This document shows positions 57,793 to 64,000 of a stretch of 64,000 bases of DNA, piece by piece. The notes beneath the pieces were generated by a model, which had not been told where the DNA came from, made no database searches, and saw nothing but the letters and a program-made list of their open reading frames with translations. Both the position numbers and the translations under genes were made by a program. The stretch comes from an uncultured Bacilli bacterium. GTDB lineage: Bacteria > Bacillota_I > Bacilli_A > RF39 > UBA660. The first letter of the stretch is position 1. Each line of letters opens with the position of its first letter. Location: assembly GCA_934102335.1 (NCBI GenBank), contig CAKOSP010000005.1, positions 63 through 64,062 of the forward strand. Direction: 5' to 3'.

Positions 57793-60072
57793 ATGAACTA
57801 TAACGATTATGATTTAATAATTACTAATCAAGCTACTAAGATAAATATTTTAAAAAATTATAGTTTGAATCAACAATTTTTAAAAGCTAAGATTGTTACA
57901 TTAACGGAATTTAAAAATGAATTTTATGGCTCTGTAAAAAGAAGTGCTTATAAAAAAATAATTGAGTATTTGAATATTTCAATTAGTATAATTGATACGA
58001 TTATAAAAAATGCTTATTTTGATAAGGAACTTTGGAAGTATTTGAAAACTAATGATTTAGTTGATTACAATCCAAGGTTTATGATTAAAATTAAAAAGAT
58101 CTTGATAATAGATGTTTTTTTGGACAAACATATTTTAGATGATTTAAATAAATATGAAATTACTTTTTATAATGACTTTAAAGATAATGTTAATGACAAA
58201 ATATATGAGTTTGATTTTTTAGACGATGAAATAAGTTTTGTTGCTTGTAGGATACTTGATTTATTGAAAGCGAATATTTCTGTAAACAATATAAAACTTG
58301 TAAATGTAAATGATGATATTATTACAAGCGTCAAAAGAATTTTTGAACTTTATGGTTTGAATATAGCCTCTAAAGATAAAAATTCAATTTTTAATACAAG
58401 AAGCGTTCAAAAATTTGTTAATAATTTTTTAGATGTAGATATTAATTTAAATCTTAATAATATTCATAATATTGAAATTAAAAATAAAGTTATTGAAGTT
58501 ATTAATGATTTTGAATTATCTAATGAAAGTGAACTTGATTTACAAGTTTTAAAATATGCTTTAAAAAAATGCTATTTTAAAAATATTAATTATAAAAAAG
58601 AAATTCAACTTATTGAAATTGAAGATATAATAAATAATGATGATTATTATTTTGTTTTAGGAGTAAATGAAGGAGTTTTACCTAAAGTAGTAAAAGACGA
58701 TGATTATTTAGATGATTTACAAAAACTAAAACTTGGTATTAATACTTCTTTACAGATTAATAAATATAATAGTGATTTAGTTTATAATAAACTTATTTAT
58801 ACTAAAAATCTAGTTGCTTCTTATCATTTAAAATCTTATTTTAATGAGTATATGCCTAGTCATATTATTGGACTTGCTAATTTAAAAGTGATTAAAAATC
58901 CTGAAATTTTAAATACTTATTCTTTTTCTAAAAATGTATTAGATTATGGAATTATGATGGATAAATTATTAAAATATAATGATAGAGATAAAAATCTTAA
59001 CTCTTATTATTCAACTTATAAAACGTTAGATTATAATGGTTATAATAATGATTTTACTGGACTTAATTCCGATAAATTAAAGGATTATTTGCATAATAAA
59101 TTGTTGCTTTCTTATTCTAGTTTGGATAATTATTTTCATTGTGGTTTTAAATATTATATTAAAAATATTTTGAAACTTGAACCTTATGAAGAAACGTTTG
59201 CAATTATGATTGGTAATTTATTTCATTTGTGTTTATCAAAAATGTATGATGAAACTTTTGATTTTGAAAGTGAATATACAAATTTTTTGAGTTTTAAAAA
59301 TTTATCTAATGAAGATAAATATTTTTCCACTAAATTAAAAAAAGATTTAAAGTTTGTTATCGATGTTATAAAAGAACAGGAAAGCCATAGTAAACTTTGC
59401 CAAACGATGACTGAGAAAAAGATATTCGTAGATTTATCTAACGATGTTAAAGTGACATTCATGGGTGTTATTGATAAAATTAAATATAAAGATGATGAAT
59501 ATGGCAGGACCTTGGCTATTATTGATTATAAAACTGGCAATTTAGAAACTTGCTTAGATAATATTAATTATGGGTTTCATTTACAATTACCTGTTTATAT
59601 TTATTTGTCAAAAAAAGAGTTTAAAAGTGTAAATATTGTAGGTTTTTATTTACAAAGAATTTTGAATCAACCTTCAGTAGATGAAGATCAAAGTGATTAT
59701 GTAAAAAAATTAAAACTTGATGGATTTACAATTAATGAAGAACAAATGGTTTCTTTGTTTGATGATACTTATTTGAATAGTCAAGTTATAAAGTCACTTA
59801 GAATGTCCTCGAATGGATGGTATAAAAGTGCTAAAGTATTAAGTGAAAATGATATTAACCATATTTCTTTACTTACAGATAAATTAATTAATGATGCATC
59901 TTTGAATATTTTAAATTCTAAATTTGATATAAATCCTAAAAGGATTGATAATGATTTAATCGGGTGTCAGTATTGTAAGTTTAGTGATATATGTTATATG
60001 AAAGAAGAGAATGTAGTAAACTTAAAAAATACAAAATTAGAAGATATTTTAGGTGGTGATAATAATGCCTAA
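57793..60072 (+). CDS. addB: AddB/RexB-type helicase-nuclease subunit (short form, 759 aa)
   Basis: C-terminal PD-(D/E)xK nuclease GVIDKI...AIIDYKTG and an Fe-S Cys cluster CQYCKF..C. Translationally coupled to addA. Confidence 0.7.
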   Translation: MNYNDYDLIITNQATKINILKNYSLNQQFLKAKIVTLTEFKNEFYGSVKRSAYKKIIEYLNISISIIDTIIKNAYFDKELWKYLKTNDLVDYNPRFMIKIKKILIIDVFLDKHILDDLNKYEITFYNDFKDNVNDKIYEFDFLDDEISFVACRILDLLKANISVNNIKLVNVNDDIITSVKRIFELYGLNIASKDKNSIFNTRSVQKFVNNFLDVDINLNLNNIHNIEIKNKVIEVINDFELSNESELDLQVLKYALKKCYFKNINYKKEIQLIEIEDIINNDDYYFVLGVNEGVLPKVVKDDDYLDDLQKLKLGINTSLQINKYNSDLVYNKLIYTKNLVASYHLKSYFNEYMPSHIIGLANLKVIKNPEILNTYSFSKNVLDYGIMMDKLLKYNDRDKNLNSYYSTYKTLDYNGYNNDFTGLNSDKLKDYLHNKLLLSYSSLDNYFHCGFKYYIKNILKLEPYEETFAIMIGNLFHLCLSKMYDETFDFESEYTNFLSFKNLSNEDKYFSTKLKKDLKFVIDVIKEQESHSKLCQTMTEKKIFVDLSNDVKVTFMGVIDKIKYKDDEYGRTLAIIDYKTGNLETCLDNINYGFHLQLPVYIYLSKKEFKSVNIVGFYLQRILNQPSVDEDQSDYVKKLKLDGFTINEEQMVSLFDDTYLNSQVIKSLRMSSNGWYKSAKVLSENDINHISLLTDKLINDASLNILNSKFDINPKRIDNDLIGCQYCKFSDICYMKEENVVNLKNTKLEDILGGDNNA

Positions 60073-63000
60073 TTGGACAAAAGAACAAAAACAAGCAATT
60101 GATTTAGAAGGCTCTAATATATTAGTTAGTGCTGGTGCAGGATCTGGTAAGACTGCAGTTTTATCTGAAAGAGTTTTAAGAAAAGTTAAAGATGGTGTTT
60201 CAGTTGATGATATTTTAGTTTTAACTTTTACTAATGCTGCTGCCAAAGAAATGAAAGAGAGAATTAGAAATAATATTCAAAAAGCTGGAATTGCTGAACA
60301 ATTAGAAAAAATTGATTCTGCTTATATAACTACTTTTGACTCTTTTGCCTTGTCTGTAGTAAAAAAATATCATTACTTGATTGATGTTTCTAGTGATATA
60401 GCAATAACTGATGCTTCGGTATTAACTTTAAAAAAGAAAAAAATTTTAGATAATGTTTTTGAAGATTTCTTTTTTCAAAACGATGAAAATTTTTTGAGGC
60501 TTATAGATTCATATTCTTTAAAAGATACAAATGAAATAAAAAATTTTATTATGGAGGCTCAAAGTAAGTTAGATCTTTTATATAAGCGTGATAATTACTT
60601 AAATAATTATGATTCTTTATTTTTTAGTGAAAGTTATGTGGATAACCTATATCAACAATTTTTAACTTTGTTAAAAAATAAGCTTGAGAATATCAAAAAT
60701 TATTTAGAAGAGTTAACCTTTTTAGATGCTGGTGATTATTATAATTCTTTAATCTTTGTTTTTAATCCGGTATTTATGGCTAACAATTATACGGAAATAA
60801 AAAATAATATTGGCTTTGATTTCCCTAGAATACCTAAAAATAGTAGCGATGAGGTAAAATTAGTTAGAGATAAAATTAAAAATGAGTTAGAAGCAATAAA
60901 AAAACTATGTAGATATGAAAGTGATCAAAACATAAAAAGTAGCATTTTAAAAACTAGGGATAATGTTTTAGCTATAATTATGGTTATAAAAGAATTTAAT
61001 ACTCGTCTAGATAAAATAAAAAAAGCTGAAAACTTATACGAGTTTACTGATATAGCAAAATTAGCTATTAAAATTGTTGAAGAACATGAATTAGCACGTA
61101 ATTATTATAAAAATAAATTTAATGAAATCTTAATTGATGAATATCAAGATACTTCTGATTTGCAAGATTTATTTATAAAGCAAATCGAAAACAATAACGT
61201 TTATATGGTTGGAGATATTAAACAATCAATTTATAGATTTAGAAATGCTAATCCAAAGTTATTTATAGAAAAATATGAATGTTATTCTAAAAATAATGGA
61301 GGTCAAAAAATTGATTTAAATAAAAACTTTAGATCAAGAGAAGAAGTTATAAACAATATTAATTTAATTTTTGACTTTATAATGGATCAAAATTTAGGTG
61401 GAGCTGATTATAGAAATACTTCTAGATTAGTATTTGGTAATAATGTTTATAATGATGAGGGTAAGATAAGTGATAATTCTAATTTAGAAATATTAAATTA
61501 TGAGTATGATAAAAGCCTCGGATTTTACCAAAATGAAGTAGAGATATTTGCAGTGGCTCAAGATATTAAAAATAAAATTGATAATAAATATAAGGTTTAT
61601 GATAGAAAACTAAATACTACTAGAGCTTGTAATTATAGTGATTTTGCTATAATAATGGATCGTTCAACAGACTTTGATTTATTTAAAAAAATATTTGAAT
61701 ATTTAAATTTACCATTAACTATTTTAAAAGAGGAGTCTATTTCTTCATCTGTTGATATAAAGATAATAAAAAATATTGTTAAAATGCTTATTAAAATTGC
61801 CAATAAAAAATTTGATATAGACTTTTGGTATACATATTTTTCAATCGCTAGAAGTTATTTATTTAATATAGAAGATGAGAAAATATTTGATGATTATGTA
61901 AATAAAAATTATCAGGATAGTCCTATATATAAAACGTGCTTGTTAGTAACAAAAGATGCGTATAACGATTCAATTTATAGTATATTAAATAATATAATTA
62001 AGCATTTTAAATTTTATGAAAAAATGATTCGAGTTGGTGATGTAAATTCACATATTGCTTTACTTGATTATTTACTTGATTTAACGAAATCTTTACAGGA
62101 TAATTATGGTATAGAAGAGTATTACGAGTATTTAGACAATATAACTGGTGGAAATATTGACATTAAGTTTAATGTTCAAACTGCTTCATTAGAGGGTATT
62201 AAAATAATGACTATTCATAAATCTAAAGGTTTGGAATATCCAATATGTTATTTCTGTGGTCTTTATAAACCATTTAATATTAGAGAATTAAACAATAAAT
62301 TTATATATGACAATAAATATGGTTTTATAATTCCTTGTTTAAATGATGGGCTTAAATCGACAATTTTAAAAGATTTATTAAAAGAGAATTATATTAAAGA
62401 AGAAATTTCAGAAAAGATTAGACTTTTTTATGTTGCTTTAACTAGAGCAAGAGAAAAAATGATTTTTGTTGCTGATTTAAAAGAAAAACAAACTTTAAAT
62501 AGTGATTTGGTTATTAAAGATGATTATAGACTAGCTACAAGATCATTTTTAGATTTTTTATCTTTAATTTATAAAAGTTTAAAACCATATTTAATTAATA
62601 TTGATGTAAATAAACTGGCGTTAACAAAAGATTACAATTTATCTTTACAAAAATTTACAAACGACTTTGAAGATGGTAATTTTATAGAAACGTTGGATTT
62701 TAAAATGCCATTAGATATTTTAGATCAAACTAGGTTTTCTAAGTCGATGAATAAATTAAAAACTTTAGAAGATAAAAAAAAATTACAACAAGGTTTAGAT
62801 ATACATAGTATTATGGAAAATATGAATTTGTTAAATCCAAATTATGATATAGTACCTTCAAATTATTTAGAATATGTTAAAGCCTTTATTGAATCATCAG
62901 TTTTAAAAGGAGTAATTAATTATTATCAAGAATATGAATTTATCTATGAAACTGATAATAATATTTATCATGGTATTATTGATTTATTATTAGAATATGA

Positions 63001-63166
63001 AGATCATTTTTTAATAGTAGATTATAAACTAAAAAACACAATGGATGATGCTTATAAGGATCAATTAAAGGGATATAAAAATTATTTAAAAACTATTACG
63101 TGCAAAGACATAGATGTTGTTTTGTATTCATTTTTAGATAAAGAATTTACGAAGGTGAGTTTATAA
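60065..63166 (+). CDS. addA: AddA/RexA ATP-dependent helicase-nuclease
   Basis: UvrD Walker A SAGAGSGKT, DEYQDT, helicase motifs and a C-terminal nuclease GIIDLL...VDYK. ATG at 60065 follows an AGGTGGTGA RBS. Confidence 0.9.
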   Translation: MPNWTKEQKQAIDLEGSNILVSAGAGSGKTAVLSERVLRKVKDGVSVDDILVLTFTNAAAKEMKERIRNNIQKAGIAEQLEKIDSAYITTFDSFALSVVKKYHYLIDVSSDIAITDASVLTLKKKKILDNVFEDFFFQNDENFLRLIDSYSLKDTNEIKNFIMEAQSKLDLLYKRDNYLNNYDSLFFSESYVDNLYQQFLTLLKNKLENIKNYLEELTFLDAGDYYNSLIFVFNPVFMANNYTEIKNNIGFDFPRIPKNSSDEVKLVRDKIKNELEAIKKLCRYESDQNIKSSILKTRDNVLAIIMVIKEFNTRLDKIKKAENLYEFTDIAKLAIKIVEEHELARNYYKNKFNEILIDEYQDTSDLQDLFIKQIENNNVYMVGDIKQSIYRFRNANPKLFIEKYECYSKNNGGQKIDLNKNFRSREEVINNINLIFDFIMDQNLGGADYRNTSRLVFGNNVYNDEGKISDNSNLEILNYEYDKSLGFYQNEVEIFAVAQDIKNKIDNKYKVYDRKLNTTRACNYSDFAIIMDRSTDFDLFKKIFEYLNLPLTILKEESISSSVDIKIIKNIVKMLIKIANKKFDIDFWYTYFSIARSYLFNIEDEKIFDDYVNKNYQDSPIYKTCLLVTKDAYNDSIYSILNNIIKHFKFYEKMIRVGDVNSHIALLDYLLDLTKSLQDNYGIEEYYEYLDNITGGNIDIKFNVQTASLEGIKIMTIHKSKGLEYPICYFCGLYKPFNIRELNNKFIYDNKYGFIIPCLNDGLKSTILKDLLKENYIKEEISEKIRLFYVALTRAREKMIFVADLKEKQTLNSDLVIKDDYRLATRSFLDFLSLIYKSLKPYLINIDVNKLALTKDYNLSLQKFTNDFEDGNFIETLDFKMPLDILDQTRFSKSMNKLKTLEDKKKLQQGLDIHSIMENMNLLNPNYDIVPSNYLEYVKAFIESSVLKGVINYYQEYEFIYETDNNIYHGIIDLLLEYEDHFLIVDYKLKNTMDDAYKDQLKGYKNYLKTITCKDIDVVLYSFLDKEFTKVSL

Positions 63167-63167
63167 T

Positions 63168-63392
63168 ATGTTAAAGAAAATTAATAAATTTATTTATTTA
63201 GACGATGTTGAGATTAATATATTAAAAAAATATAATATTAGTTATGAAAATGTTCAAAGTTATGATGAGATTTTGCTTTTAATCGATAGATGTGTTAATG
63301 AATTAGCTGATGATGATGAAGAGTTGGATGATTTAGATTATGTAGCAAATTTAATTGCTGAGAGAAAATATTATACACAAATAAAAAAATAG
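63168..63392 (+). CDS. Hypothetical small acidic protein, 74 aa
   Basis: A complete ORF coupled to the addA stop. Confidence 0.45.
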   Translation: MLKKINKFIYLDDVEINILKKYNISYENVQSYDEILLLIDRCVNELADDDEELDDLDYVANLIAERKYYTQIKK

Positions 63393-63422
63393 TGCTATAA
63401 TATAACCTAATTTGGAGGGTTT

Positions 63423-64000
63423 ATGGAAATTCCGGATGATCTAATTAGTCAGTTAAGAAATTTTGAAAATAATTTTGAAGGAAATTTTAAGTGCCATACT
63501 TTACTTTTAGAAAATGGACCTAAATTTTTTGAGCTGTTTAAAAAATATCCTGATGTAGTTTTAGAAAGTAGATTGTTCGAAGCTGATGTTGCTAAAAGAA
63601 TATTTAGTAAAGAACAACTTAATAATATAAATTTGTACTTGGGAAATAATTTGCCAATGGCATTAAAAGAGTTATCAGTTTTAAAAAACAAAAGGATTAG
63701 TACTTCTAAATTAGAATATTTGTGCAAAATAGGAACTTTATATTTAAATTTTCAAAATTCTAAAATGGAAAAAAATTTAGTATCACTTTATAAAAAAGTT
63801 TTAACTATAGATGAATCACAGAGAACTTATGAGGTTTATAATTTTATAATTAAATGTACGGCTAAAATTGTTTCTCAAGCTTTAAATATTGATTGTCCTA
63901 TGTTTTATATTTCAAGATATAGATACAATACAAATGAACTTATGGACTGTACTAAGGGAAACTTTAATACCAAATTAAAAGTTGCTACTATAAATAAAGA
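63423..64000 (+). CDS. Hypothetical protein, 5' partial, which continues past the window end
   Basis: An open frame from ATG 63423 to the end of the window with no stop. The listed antisense ORF 63449..63727 is spurious. Confidence 0.5.
   Translation, partial: MEIPDDLISQLRNFENNFEGNFKCHTLLLENGPKFFELFKKYPDVVLESRLFEADVAKRIFSKEQLNNINLYLGNNLPMALKELSVLKNKRISTSKLEYLCKIGTLYLNFQNSKMEKNLVSLYKKVLTIDESQRTYEVYNFIIKCTAKIVSQALNIDCPMFYISRYRYNTNELMDCTKGNFNTKLKVATINK

Noticed and set aside
59223-59462. Antisense ORF in addB
   Set aside because: Spurious.
60049-60246. Antisense ORF at the addB/addA junction
   Set aside because: Spurious.
63449-63727. 92-aa minus-strand ORF
   Set aside because: The plus-strand frame starting at ATG 63423 stays open to the window end and reads as real protein, so the minus ORF is its antisense shadow.
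1-64000. CRISPR arrays, transposases and integrases
   Set aside because: No regularly spaced direct repeats were seen, and no ORF has DDE, serine or tyrosine recombinase signatures. The only repeats are the hairpin and tRNA-associated elements described above.
1-64000. Alternative genetic code (Mollicutes TGA=Trp), given the very low GC
   Set aside because: Long conserved genes (htpG, xfp, addA, rnj) are intact under the standard code, and spoVS and bofA indicate a spore-forming Firmicute.

Overview
The window reads as chromosomal DNA from a very AT-rich, low-GC spore-forming Firmicute that uses the standard genetic code. The spore-former call rests on SpoVS and BofA homologues and on long ORFs with no need for TGA=Trp. 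Gene density is high and most operons end in recognisable intrinsic terminators. Recognisable housekeeping genes include RNase J, SSB, a SufB-like protein, phosphoketolase, HtpG, AddAB, a PerR-like regulator with rubrerythrin, MscL, MscS, TspO, a CDF transporter and two SDR oxidoreductases. There is one Bce-like antimicrobial-peptide module (ABC ATPase, FtsX permease, OmpR response regulator, histidine kinase), and a block of MarR, a heterodimeric ABC exporter, an acyl-CoA ligase and an acyltransferase. Four tRNAs are present: Thr(CGT), Thr(GGT), Asn(GTT) and His(GTG), the last on the minus strand. No transposase, integrase or CRISPR array is visible. Accessory-looking material falls into three places: (i) 1..6.5 kb, (ii) 9.4..16.1 kb, and (iii) downstream of tRNA-Asn. 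(i) The first 6.5 kb holds repeated covarying hairpins, a frameshifted NUDIX gene, a 191-aa unknown protein, and a 1312-aa helical-repeat protein with a C-terminal YfcE/MJ0936-type metallophosphoesterase domain, all sitting before a second, intact NUDIX gene. (ii) The 9.4-16.1 kb stretch is punctuated by two tRNA-Thr genes. Each is followed by a conserved hairpin and a ~130-nt repeat that ends in a terminator. A 35-bp direct repeat containing the tRNA 3' end brackets a 1.2-kb remnant, and a two-gene module with an HExxH motif lies beside it. (iii) Downstream of tRNA-Asn, a stand-alone ClpB-D1-like AAA+ ATPase is translationally coupled to a DapB-like oxidoreductase. The best candidate for an undescribed system is the 191-aa + 1312-aa metallophosphoesterase module at 1037-5621. 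The HExxH pair at 14324-16014 and the ClpB-D1-like cassette at 31185-33141 are secondary candidates.
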